A DNA stretch of 63,397 nucleotides from Thermoproteota archaeon (GCA_024720975.1 JANJXX010000001.1:1-63397), one strand, 5' to 3'. Positions 38,602 to 47,748 are shown, counted from the stretch's first letter. Numbers and translations: made by a program. Notes: generated by a model from the letters alone, not told the origin.

Positions 38602-39285
38602 GTGAAAATTTTAAGTCTAGACGAGTTTGCTAAAATAATCGATCACACTAATCTTAGACCAAATGCAACTAGCAGCGAAATCGCAAGAACCGTTAAAGAA
38701 GCAAAAATATATAACTTTAGGGGGGTTTGCGTACCACTAATACATGTGCCGCTAGCTAGGAAGATTCTTCAGGAGAGTGACATAAAGATCGTGACCGTTG
38801 TGGGTTTTCCATTCGGAAACAATCCAACGGAGATAAAGGTCAGGGAATCGCAAATTGCAGCAGACTGGGGTGCCGATGAAATAGACATGGTTATGAACAT
38901 AAGCTTCTTTAAGAGTGGACTTAAAGACAAAGTCCTCGATGATATAAAGAGTGTTATTGAATCATCAGGCCTGCCAGTCAAAGTCATTATAGAGACTTCA
39001 TATCTTACAGAAGACGAAATCGCAGAAGCAAGCAGGCTCGTTGCGAAATCAGGCGCTTTTTGCATAAAGACTAACACAGGATTCGGAGCAAGGGGTGTAA
39101 GTCTCGATGATGTTAGGATTATTAGAGATTCCGTTAAGGAGGGGATTATGATTAAGGCTTCGGGTGGAATAAAAGATATCAATTTTGCTTTGGCTCTGAT
39201 AGAAAGAGGAGCCAATATCATTGGCGCCTCTGCTGGCGTTGAACTTTACCAAAGTTACAAGAAAATCCTAGAAAAACGATTATAG
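38602..39285 (+). CDS. deoC: Deoxyribose-phosphate aldolase
   Basis: IDHTNL, TVVGFPFG, GADEIDMVMN, KVIIET, KTNTGF, KASGGIK; likely start GTG 38602. Confidence 0.95.
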   Translation: MKILSLDEFAKIIDHTNLRPNATSSEIARTVKEAKIYNFRGVCVPLIHVPLARKILQESDIKIVTVVGFPFGNNPTEIKVRESQIAADWGADEIDMVMNISFFKSGLKDKVLDDIKSVIESSGLPVKVIIETSYLTEDEIAEASRLVAKSGAFCIKTNTGFGARGVSLDDVRIIRDSVKEGIMIKASGGIKDINFALALIERGANIIGASAGVELYQSYKKILEKRL

Positions 39286-39463
39286 GCGGTTATCTACATT
39301 TGTTAGCTAGCTCTTTCAATTGCGCTGAATTGACACTATAAAAAATTGTGTTTGCAAAATGAACAAATTTTATACTCGAATAGCTTGGGCTATCACTGAA
39401 AGTTGGGAATAAACCTTGATCTCGATTTGCGAGCTAGTCCAGGCAGCTAAGAGGTTTTTGTAA

Positions 39464-39997
39464 TTAAGTAACCTTAACATGCTCCTTCATTTTTGAAAGG
39501 ATCTGCACTATCTTTTCTTTCTTATTGTTCCAGTTGTTAAAGTTATCGACTATTATGTCTCTAATCCACTTCACTAGCATATTTAACTCCTCTTCTACTT
39601 CCCGCTCTTTAGTAGAGTCTAGTCCTTTCCTTTTGAGCATTCTTTTGGTATTTTCTATCTCTTCAATAAGGCTGTTTGCATCCTGAATCGCTCTGTAGGC
39701 ATCAGTAACTCTAGAGATGTCTTCCTCCAGAATACTCATGGCTCTATAGAATTCGGAGCCGCTGATTGATTCAATAACACCTATATTTTCGATAAGAACT
39801 TTGAGTGCCGCCTTAATAGAAAGTTTGGGAGTCTCAAATATTTCAAGTCTCTTGTTTTTGGTGAGCTTTCTAACGGATACTACTGCCTCCTCTCCTTGCG
39901 ATAACCACCAATAATTCGACAACTCAGTAGACATTCTTTCTTTTATGCTACTTAATTTTTGGGATAGCTCCCTGAGCTGTTGTTTTCCATAGGCCAT
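39464..39997 (-). CDS. Unknown alpha-helical protein, paralogue of 47161-47748; last gene of the ESCRT-like operon
   Basis: Shares WWxxQGxxxVVxVRKL...PK[LM]xxxxAL[KR]V...N, IxDAxxLxEE and a C-terminal W motif with 47161-47748. Confidence 0.75.
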   Translation of the reverse strand: MAYGKQQLRELSQKLSSIKERMSTELSNYWWLSQGEEAVVSVRKLTKNKRLEIFETPKLSIKAALKVLIENIGVIESISGSEFYRAMSILEEDISRVTDAYRAIQDANSLIEEIENTKRMLKRKGLDSTKEREVEEELNMLVKWIRDIIVDNFNNWNNKKEKIVQILSKMKEHVKVT

Positions 39998-39998
39998 G

Positions 39999-41318
39999 CT
40001 AACTCCTCTTCGTGATATTCTTCTCAAACTCTATAAGTTCTTGATTTATACGCGAGTATATCAATCCTTCTACGATTTCTGGAGATATATTCCTCAATAC
40101 AGTAAGCTCTTCGGGTAGTGCCCGCTCTTTTACGACTCTTTCTAGTAATTTGACTACATTTGGTTTGTATATTACTCGGTTTTCCCTAACTACTATATCT
40201 CCCCTGCTAAGTGTTGAAGCAAGTTCCAATAGGCTAGTCGTGGTCTTTTTATCGGCACCTATTAGCATTTTTATCTCATCAACGAATACCATGGGGCGAT
40301 CTTTGAACACTTCAGAAATCCATGGGACGAGTTTTTGCCTATTCACTAGCATTCTATCAATTGTGACCACTTCTGAGAAGTATTTCTCAATGTCTTCGAG
40401 TATTCTAGTCACCAACTTAGAGTCCAGACCGAATTTTGCAGCCAACTCTTCTCGAGATAGAATTACACTCTCCTTAGTGATATTTTCTATATACTTCGCC
40501 AGGTCATTTGGTATATATATGAGCTTATCTTCCAGTATCCGCATCTCTGGAAATATTTCTTTTACTTTGCTAAACACATCAATAGTAAGTTTTGGCTCTA
40601 GTGAGAGCTCCCTGGCTTGATCGCTTATTCTAACGTAACCCTTTTCTGCTAGAAGATTTTCAACATATGCTTTGAGTTTATCCTTCATGGTTACGTACTC
40701 TTTGCTTGTAATTATATTCGGATCTATCTCAGGCAGTCTCTTTAGAATATCATAGAGATCTCTCTCCCTTACACCAAAATCCTTCGCAAGTTCAGATAGC
40801 CTCTTTACAGGCTTTCCACTTGAAAACAGTTCCATTAGGACTTCTCTTACAATGTTTAACTCATGCTTTCCAAACTCCTTGATTCTCCCGGCGAGTAGGT
40901 TTACGTACCTCTTACATCCATCAATGAAAACTTCGCGACCATAAGCTTCTTTGCTAAGAATTTCTCTCGTATTTTCAACCAATAAAATTATCTCGGTTTC
41001 CTTAGTGGCCACTTCTGCTAGTTTTTTTGCAACTGGTAGCGTATCTTTACTTATCCCAACCTTATGAAATAGCGACGTCATAAACGCTAGAATAAGAGCA
41101 TACGATCTTAATGCATCAATGTATTTATCCGGCGAAGGAAATGCAGATTTTAGTGGCATAAGGCTCATTAACAAGCTCTCGAGTTCCCCAAGACCCGTAG
41201 ATAAATCATGGTCTCTTTTCTCTATGGCAGCAACCCTTGCTTCTCGGAGGATATGTAAAGCTGCAGATCTCTCTATCGAGATGAACTGCTCGAGCTGATA
41301 TCTCACAACCGAGCTCAA
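39999..41318 (-). CDS. Helical N-domain plus about 4 tandem winged-helix repeats (UFL1/DDRGK/ESCRT-II-like)
   Basis: Repeats about every 62 aa: LSELAKDFGV, VRISDQARELSL, LSREELAAKFGL, VFVDEIKMLIGA, each followed by a helix and a beta-hairpin. The TTG start overlaps the upstream TGA. Confidence 0.7.
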   Translation of the reverse strand: MSSVVRYQLEQFISIERSAALHILREARVAAIEKRDHDLSTGLGELESLLMSLMPLKSAFPSPDKYIDALRSYALILAFMTSLFHKVGISKDTLPVAKKLAEVATKETEIILLVENTREILSKEAYGREVFIDGCKRYVNLLAGRIKEFGKHELNIVREVLMELFSSGKPVKRLSELAKDFGVRERDLYDILKRLPEIDPNIITSKEYVTMKDKLKAYVENLLAEKGYVRISDQARELSLEPKLTIDVFSKVKEIFPEMRILEDKLIYIPNDLAKYIENITKESVILSREELAAKFGLDSKLVTRILEDIEKYFSEVVTIDRMLVNRQKLVPWISEVFKDRPMVFVDEIKMLIGADKKTTTSLLELASTLSRGDIVVRENRVIYKPNVVKLLERVVKERALPEELTVLRNISPEIVEGLIYSRINQELIEFEKNITKRS

Positions 41319-41911
41319 GTTTCGCCCACCAGCGATTTTAATAATCCACATTCATGTGAAAATCCAACGCCTAAAACATCACAAACAAACATATTGAATT
41401 GAGACCTCCTCAACAACTCATTCAACTCTTCATGAATCTCTCGTATGACTTCATTTCGATCCTTATTTGGATCAGGTCTTTTATTGGTTACGGCAATCCT
41501 TAATAATCTGCGAAGTTCATCCTTCACCATGTCTAGGGTTATTGTTATTTCCTTAGCTCCAACTAGGCTGCTCACGAGCGCTTGTTGGCTTCTAGGAATC
41601 AAAGATACTGTTACATTAATACCATAATCAAATGGCAAGTTCATTTTAGGTATACCTATAGTTAATTCAAGCGGAGTTCTGCGGGCCCATACAACACGAG
41701 CTGGACGATAGTATATTTTGTAGAAGCCTGGTTCAGATATGTATTTTATAAGCCCGTTTGGACACACAACATGTGCTTCTTCGAATTCATATAGTCTTAT
41801 TACGTCGGGGTCTTTTTCGGTTATCTCTCTGCAATACAATACAACACCCTGCCGTGGTGCTTCGATATATTTGTTCTTATCAAATACTGGGCGTGATTTT
41901 TCAAAACACAT
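41315..41911 (-). CDS. SPFH/band-7 (YdjI-like) domain protein
   Basis: IRLYEFEEAHVVCPNG...EPGFYKI...VVWARR..LELTIG...YGINVTVSL..LVSSLVG...ITLDMVKDELRRLL follows the YdjI-type SPFH pattern; no TM. Confidence 0.6.
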   Translation of the reverse strand: MCFEKSRPVFDKNKYIEAPRQGVVLYCREITEKDPDVIRLYEFEEAHVVCPNGLIKYISEPGFYKIYYRPARVVWARRTPLELTIGIPKMNLPFDYGINVTVSLIPRSQQALVSSLVGAKEITITLDMVKDELRRLLRIAVTNKRPDPNKDRNEVIREIHEELNELLRRSQFNMFVCDVLGVGFSHECGLLKSLVGET

Positions 41912-41921
41912 TGAACATCAC

Positions 41922-43577
41922 CTAAGCATATTTCGGATCGACTATTAGGAGTGATCTGTTTAATCCTACCAACAATTCAGGAGCTTGATCCAAATCTATG
42001 TCCTCGCATATAAAGACCGGCTTCGAGCTGAAAGGTATGTTGTAGTTAACGCACGCTCTATCCACATTTGCTGGTGTAGTTATTGGATACGAATCTACTC
42101 TTTCTATCATCTGTACGCCAAGAGCCTCTCTAAGCACATATATTTCTAACAAAAGCTCTCCGTCCTTCTTCATTACCAGTAGTTCATTCTTGCCATCGTT
42201 ATTTATGTCCAAGATTCGCATACCGAATATGTTTCCTTCAACTATTCTCGAACCAGACCACTCTCCATTCCTCATAATGTACCTATAACCACCACCTCTT
42301 GTTGATACGTATATCTCATCAAATCCATCAGCATCAAAATCACCTGAAGTTACGAGGATTGAGCAAGGCTCTTCGAACCCAGAGTCAATTAATGAAAACT
42401 TATTTGCTGCCGGATCTATTAGTAGTAGTCTACCGTCAACTGTAGCGGCTACAATCTTTATATCGTCTTTAAGTCTCAATAAGGCCATGCTCGATACGTC
42501 ACCTGTTTGAATTGTATTGGCTATAAATGATCTATCTTTGCTGTCCAGGACGCATATCCTACCATTTCCTGTTGCAATTACTAGCTCACTATCATTATCC
42601 CTATCAATATCAGCGTGAAGTATCATATGAGTGGGTACAAAGTACCTAGTCTCTCCATTCCTAATTATCCTAACCTCTTCGCCCATACTTATTAATTTAG
42701 CATCGGAGAATCTACGAGATCTCCAAGCGAATATTACAACCTGAAACTCTCCAATGTCACCATAAACTGGAAATGTAGCTTCATAACCACTAATTGGCTC
42801 CCAACTTACCCCTCCTTCATTCACGACAATGCATGGCGATTCCGGCGCGCCGGCGTCGCTACTTGGTACGTAGAATATTTCGGGCTTTCCGTCGAAGTCA
42901 CCATCAAAGACATCAATATGAGCAACACCATATGGAATATACAATGTGGAAAATCTTTTTGGAAGGCCTTTAGGTGAACTCTCAGGGTAAACCGTAGCGA
43001 TCGCAGCGTAGCCATACCAACGAATTGCCTCTTTGTGATGATTTGATCTGTAGTAATTGTCAGCTACTATTAATGCGAAATCAGGAAGCATGTAAAGTCC
43101 TAGGACTTCTGGGGGTATTTCGCTGCCATACAACTTCAAAACGTTTGCTAATTCATTATGTGCTCGTTCAATTGCATCCAAAGTGCCTAGATTCAATGCT
43201 TCTTGTTGCAAGTTAAGAATTCTCACCAGGCTTTCTAAGACCTCTTTTTCACGTTCATAAAGAACCTTAGTGATGTCACCCTCACGCTTTTGCTCTCTTA
43301 GGATACTTGATATTTTTGACCGCAGATACTCAAGTGCTTGGGATGATCTATAGGTTGATTCAGCAAATAAGTTCATTATATAAGGTGTCTCGTAGCTCTC
43401 AAGTTTAATTGAAGGAAGCTTCAGTGTAATATACCTCAGAATAATATTCGGATCTAATAATGCCCCACAGGCATCGCATTTTCCATCATTAACTACAAGG
43501 TCTGCCCCACAGAATGGACAACATGCTTTTGAACTTAGCAAAAGCTTTATTAATTCTGTAGCGCTAGTCACATTCAT
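41922..43577 (-). CDS. Zn-ribbon + helical/TPR + FG-GAP (VCBS) beta-propeller protein, cytoplasmic
   Basis: CPFC...CDAC; five motifs DGDFDGKPEI, DIDRDNDSEL, DFDADGFDEI, DINNDGKNEL, DIDLDQAPEL; no signal peptide. Confidence 0.8.
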   Translation of the reverse strand: MNVTSATELIKLLLSSKACCPFCGADLVVNDGKCDACGALLDPNIILRYITLKLPSIKLESYETPYIMNLFAESTYRSSQALEYLRSKISSILREQKREGDITKVLYEREKEVLESLVRILNLQQEALNLGTLDAIERAHNELANVLKLYGSEIPPEVLGLYMLPDFALIVADNYYRSNHHKEAIRWYGYAAIATVYPESSPKGLPKRFSTLYIPYGVAHIDVFDGDFDGKPEIFYVPSSDAGAPESPCIVVNEGGVSWEPISGYEATFPVYGDIGEFQVVIFAWRSRRFSDAKLISMGEEVRIIRNGETRYFVPTHMILHADIDRDNDSELVIATGNGRICVLDSKDRSFIANTIQTGDVSSMALLRLKDDIKIVAATVDGRLLLIDPAANKFSLIDSGFEEPCSILVTSGDFDADGFDEIYVSTRGGGYRYIMRNGEWSGSRIVEGNIFGMRILDINNDGKNELLVMKKDGELLLEIYVLREALGVQMIERVDSYPITTPANVDRACVNYNIPFSSKPVFICEDIDLDQAPELLVGLNRSLLIVDPKYA

Positions 43578-44233
43578 TACCTCTCAGTAATGCGCTTGTA
43601 GTAAATATACTGAACTACTAGAGATACAAACAAAACAATATGCATTATATTTATAGAGACTCCTGAAGCTACCACTATTGGAAACTTCGGGCCTATGGCT
43701 CTCGTAATGAAGTCTGATATACTTATTGCTGTAGTTATTCCAGGAATCCCACCTAAAATCCATTCCCTCAATCTTAGCTCTTTAATCATGGCCGTAGCTA
43801 TTAACGTTCCAATAATAACACCGAGCAGGAGAGTTATTGTAATTAATTCTGTATATTGCATCCCAAAGGTAATGTGTAGAAATATCGGGACCATGAACCA
43901 TATTAGAATGTCATAGGCTATGTAAGACGCGACATAAAAGTAGTTATACATCTTCTTCCTGATCCAAACTAGGAGAGGATACAGACATACTACTGTTAGT
44001 ATAAATGAAACTAGCACTAAATTTTTGTACACATCCACTAAAGCTGGTGCTATTGCGCTATATATTAAACACGAAAGTATTATAGATATAAGAAGCGCCG
44101 GCCCAGCTGAAATTTTGAAAGTGCGAATTATTTCGACGTCTTCTTCCCTTCTATACCAATCTAGTAGACTCAGGCGTAGAATACTAAGATTTACTAAGAA
44201 TGTTACATATGCCATCACAAATGTTGTAGCCAT
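43577..44233 (-). CDS. Polytopic membrane protein (about 7 TM) of the ESCRT-like operon
   Basis: About seven hydrophobic segments; its stop overlaps the next start (TAATG). Confidence 0.75.
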   Translation of the reverse strand: MATTFVMAYVTFLVNLSILRLSLLDWYRREEDVEIIRTFKISAGPALLISIILSCLIYSAIAPALVDVYKNLVLVSFILTVVCLYPLLVWIRKKMYNYFYVASYIAYDILIWFMVPIFLHITFGMQYTELITITLLLGVIIGTLIATAMIKELRLREWILGGIPGITTAISISDFITRAIGPKFPIVVASGVSINIMHIVLFVSLVVQYIYYKRITER

Positions 44234-44241
44234 AATTAATG

Positions 44242-45399
44242 TCAGTTCCTATCACCTAGAATTCTAATAATGCTATTAACGAAATTTATGACTTTTTCCG
44301 AATCAACACTTAGAATTTTACTACCAGCAACATATATTTCTTTAAGCATTTCTGCTAGCTTTTTAGCTTGATTAGCAGACTGTTTCAAGTCTTTCTCTAA
44401 TTGTTTACTTAAAATTTCTGCTAATGTATCTAAATAGTGCGCTATCTTAAGCCCTTCCTCTGATCTTTTCGTTGCCATGAGTATACTTCTAGCATATGCT
44501 AATAGTTCCTTCTTGTCAATAATTCCCTCTACCTCAAATCTAAAAATAGATTTCAGAGCGTGCTTTGAGTCTAGAAAGTACTTCACTAAACTTGCAATCT
44601 CAAGAGCAGAGCTAAGCTTAGAAGCAAACACGGATACGTCACAACCCATTCCTTTTTGCTCCATATTCACAGTGGTATTATAATCAGAGGCCTCGAAAGA
44701 TGCCCTCAACATTTCGCCCTGAGCCTCAATGTTGATATTTGAAATTTTCACTGGAAATTCCGAACTTAGCTCTCTAATAGCATTTTGCGCTGCTTCCTTT
44801 AGCACTTCAAGATTCATACTGATGACAACTTTTGAGGCTGCCTTTTCTAGAAGTTCAGGTTTACGTTCCTCGAACTTTTCTGGTAAGAGTGAATTTAGGT
44901 GCTCTAATCTTGAATCTATCTTTTCCAAGAGAGCTCTATTTCTGATAACTGACTCTTTTTCCTTAGCCTTTTGGAGAACAGCTATAGCCTTGAGCAAAAC
45001 TTCTTTTGCTTTTTCACCGCTAGGTGCAAATTGCATTGCTGCCTCATATTTTTCTGAAGCAGCTAGGAAGTTACCGCTGTTCTCCAGTTTTCCTGCATGA
45101 TATAGATAGATCTTAAATGCCCGACCCTTAATTTCCTTAATTCTTCGAGGATTTGTTTTAAGTATTAAACCAAATGCTTTTTCAAGATCAGATAGAACAA
45201 CATCATTTTTGCCTTTACCCCAGTATTTTTCCAGAAGGTTCGCAGCTTGATATGCGTACTGAAATGCCCTCCTTTTATCATTGGCATTAAGGTAACATTC
45301 AGATGCTTGAATAAAGAATAGAGCTGCTGTCCAGGGATTCTTTTTGAATATGCCAAGATTTTTTCTAGCCATTTTGACAAAACTAAGACATGGATCCAT
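44242..45399 (-). CDS. alpha-SNAP/TPR-like solenoid + alpha/beta (adaptin-platform-like) + helical domain
   Basis: AALFFIQASECYLNANDKRRAFQYAYQAA and AGKLENSGNFLAASEKYEAA helical pairs; central helix-4 strand-helix segment. Confidence 0.6.
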   Translation of the reverse strand: MDPCLSFVKMARKNLGIFKKNPWTAALFFIQASECYLNANDKRRAFQYAYQAANLLEKYWGKGKNDVVLSDLEKAFGLILKTNPRRIKEIKGRAFKIYLYHAGKLENSGNFLAASEKYEAAMQFAPSGEKAKEVLLKAIAVLQKAKEKESVIRNRALLEKIDSRLEHLNSLLPEKFEERKPELLEKAASKVVISMNLEVLKEAAQNAIRELSSEFPVKISNINIEAQGEMLRASFEASDYNTTVNMEQKGMGCDVSVFASKLSSALEIASLVKYFLDSKHALKSIFRFEVEGIIDKKELLAYARSILMATKRSEEGLKIAHYLDTLAEILSKQLEKDLKQSANQAKKLAEMLKEIYVAGSKILSVDSEKVINFVNSIIRILGDRN

Positions 45400-45405
45400 T
45401 TATAA

Positions 45406-46608
45406 TCACCCTATTTCAGTAAAGTACTGCTTTCTCCACTTCTCATATTTTTCGACTAGATCTTGCGGAATGTCCCGCCTTATTTTTTCAATAGCTTCCA
45501 GTAGATCTTTCATGTTAATAGGTCGAATTTCACCGGTTTTTTGATAGTCTCTCATAACATTTTTCTTGGCCTCATTGCATATTAGAGCTATCGCAGCCGC
45601 GCTGTAGTATCCCTCAGCATTAGGTTCAGTTCTTTTCACAATTTCATCAATATTCACATCCTCTGCGAGCTTTACCCCACTCAGGTACAGATTAAAAAGT
45701 TTTCTTCGCAGCTCGTCATCAGGCGGAGGTATGTATATCACCTTGTCAACGCGTTTGGCCCTTATTAGAGCTGGATTGATATTCCAGGGCTCGTTTGTTG
45801 CAAAAACTACGATAAATCCCTCGCCAGATTTTATTCCATCGAGTTCTTGAAGCAGTTGTGCCTCTATTCTTTTTGGAGCATCAGAGCTACTTACAGTTTT
45901 CGGAAATACTTTATCCACTTCATCTATAAACACTATTGCAGGTGTAATTCTCCTAGCACAATCAAATATCTTTGCTACCATTTTCTCTGATTCCCCAAGC
46001 CACTTTGACATCAATGTTGCTGGATCTACTATTATTAGTGGAACTTTGAACTCGCCAGCGGCAGCCTTAACTATGTAAGTTTTTCCAGTGCCAGGTGGTC
46101 CGTAGAGAAGGACCCCTTTTAGTGGTCTAAGACCAAGCTGTTCGAGTATATCCGAGTATTTTATTTGCCATTCTATGGCTTCACGCAATTCCTGTTTTAC
46201 TATATCTAACCCGGCTACGTCTTTGAATGCTATATCAGGAATACTTGTATATAGAAACTCTGCACGACATTCTTCAGGTATCTCTACAGCGACCCAAGTT
46301 TCTCTATAGGAAGTTTTAGCAACTTCCGCCTTCGGGGCCTTTGGAAGTTCTTGTGGCTTTTCTGGCGCTACTACTGGCTTTTTAGGCGCTTTTATTGTTC
46401 CAGACTCAATTCCTTCGAGAAGCATCATTAGGTTCTTTTTTCCTTGCTCCCAGATTTTCTTTAGGGTTATATCCTCACTCACTTTTTCAAGCTCTTCTAA
46501 ACGCGATATTGCTATTTGGAGGTATCTTTTTGCTGCTTCTAAGTCTCCCTTTTTTATGGCTTCCTCCGCTAACTTTTTGTATTTCAAAGCTTCATCGTAA
46601 AATCCCAT
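45406..46608 (-). CDS. Vps4/CdvC-like AAA+ ATPase with N-terminal MIT domain
   Basis: MIT-like ALKYKKLAEEAIKKGDLEAAKRYLQIAISRL; P/K-rich linker; GPPGTGKT; SKWLGESEK; FIDEVD; ATNEPW; C-terminal helix EKYEKW; single AAA module. Confidence 0.85.
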   Translation of the reverse strand: MGFYDEALKYKKLAEEAIKKGDLEAAKRYLQIAISRLEELEKVSEDITLKKIWEQGKKNLMMLLEGIESGTIKAPKKPVVAPEKPQELPKAPKAEVAKTSYRETWVAVEIPEECRAEFLYTSIPDIAFKDVAGLDIVKQELREAIEWQIKYSDILEQLGLRPLKGVLLYGPPGTGKTYIVKAAAGEFKVPLIIVDPATLMSKWLGESEKMVAKIFDCARRITPAIVFIDEVDKVFPKTVSSSDAPKRIEAQLLQELDGIKSGEGFIVVFATNEPWNINPALIRAKRVDKVIYIPPPDDELRRKLFNLYLSGVKLAEDVNIDEIVKRTEPNAEGYYSAAAIALICNEAKKNVMRDYQKTGEIRPINMKDLLEAIEKIRRDIPQDLVEKYEKWRKQYFTEIG

Positions 46609-46610
46609 AA

Positions 46611-47195
46611 TTATTCCCCAGAGGATTGAGCGTATTTTCGCTTGATTTCCTCAGGAATTTTGCTATAGAGTTCTGGATCATTAACCTTAAGTTGCTCTAG
46701 AAATTCTGATCCTATGCTTTCTATGACCTCAGGAGTAACTTCCTCGAGCAATCCAGAAATTTCGCTCAACGCTTCAGAAAGATTTGTCGATATTGATTGC
46801 GTTGTGTTCACCAACTGATTTTGCACCGATACCATTTGCCTTAAGGCCAAGCCTATACTTGCCAGATTCTGATTTAATTCTTGCAACATGTTTGTTAGCT
46901 TATCAACATTCACAGATCCAGTAGCTTCGCTGATAGCACCCCTAACTTCTAGTATCATTTGAGCACTCTCAAGGGAGACTATCGATGAGTCAATTGTAGA
47001 TAATAGGACATCGCTAACTTTCCATGCTGCTAGTAGGCTTGCTGGAGGAGTTTTTCCGGAACTTAAGTATTTCTTTATCTGATTTTCGTACTTCTTCCTA
47101 TGAATTTTAATCGTTATCCGTGCGTCTTGCAGTCTTTCAATAAGCCTACGTATTCTCTCATTAAGATTTTTCTTCTTCTTGAACAACACGCTCAA
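46611..47195 (-). CDS. ESCRT-III (CdvB/Snf7-like) protein
   Basis: LFKKKK amphipathic start, basic helical hairpin, IDSSIVSLESAQMILEVRGAISEA, acidic C-half; immediately upstream of the MIT-AAA gene. Confidence 0.72.
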   Translation of the reverse strand: MSVLFKKKKNLNERIRRLIERLQDARITIKIHRKKYENQIKKYLSSGKTPPASLLAAWKVSDVLLSTIDSSIVSLESAQMILEVRGAISEATGSVNVDKLTNMLQELNQNLASIGLALRQMVSVQNQLVNTTQSISTNLSEALSEISGLLEEVTPEVIESIGSEFLEQLKVNDPELYSKIPEEIKRKYAQSSGE

Positions 47196-47748
47196 TCACC
47201 GACGCGGTCTCTTTTCTTTTTGCAGTCAGTTTTTCTGCTAGCTCTAGAACTTTCTTTACCTCCTTTTTAATTCTCTCCCTTTCGGATGGCCAGGAGAATA
47301 CATCCAATGCAAGAATTTCTCTTAACCGCTTTATGATGTTGTTAGCTGCATCTATAAATTCATCAAGAGCTTCTGGTCTTGATTTTGATATACTTTCCCT
47401 TACGGCATGCAATTCTTCTGCCAAGTTATGAGCATCAATTATGTAACTTACAGCCTGAAGCACGAGATAGAGGTCCTGAGCAGTCTTAAGTGCATAATCG
47501 ATTCTATCCTTTGATTGCAGCTTCCTGATTAACTCAAAGTTCGATTGTATAACTCTTAGTGCCTCTAGAAGGGGCATTTTTGGCAGGTAATCAAATGAGA
47601 TTTTATCACCAATTTCCAACTTTCTGACGTTAACTACCGGAATCGAACCCTGTTCAAACCACCACCACTCTATCGATACCTCCCTAACAAAGCTTATTAT
47701 CCGCATTAATGAGTCCATCATATATTCGTAAGATTTTTCAACACTCAT
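47161..47748 (-). CDS. Unknown alpha-helical protein, paralogue of 39464-39997
   Basis: WWWFEQGSIPVVNVRKL...LPKMPLLEALRVIQSN; lies between the two ESCRT-III-like genes. Confidence 0.75.
   Translation of the reverse strand: MSVEKSYEYMMDSLMRIISFVREVSIEWWWFEQGSIPVVNVRKLEIGDKISFDYLPKMPLLEALRVIQSNFELIRKLQSKDRIDYALKTAQDLYLVLQAVSYIIDAHNLAEELHAVRESISKSRPEALDEFIDAANNIIKRLREILALDVFSWPSERERIKKEVKKVLELAEKLTAKRKETASVIERVVQEEEKS

Noticed and set aside
45406-46608. Cdc48/VAT or proteasome PAN call
   Set aside because: Single AAA module with a 3-helix N-domain, no double-psi/OB domain and no HbYX tail; ESCRT-III neighbours
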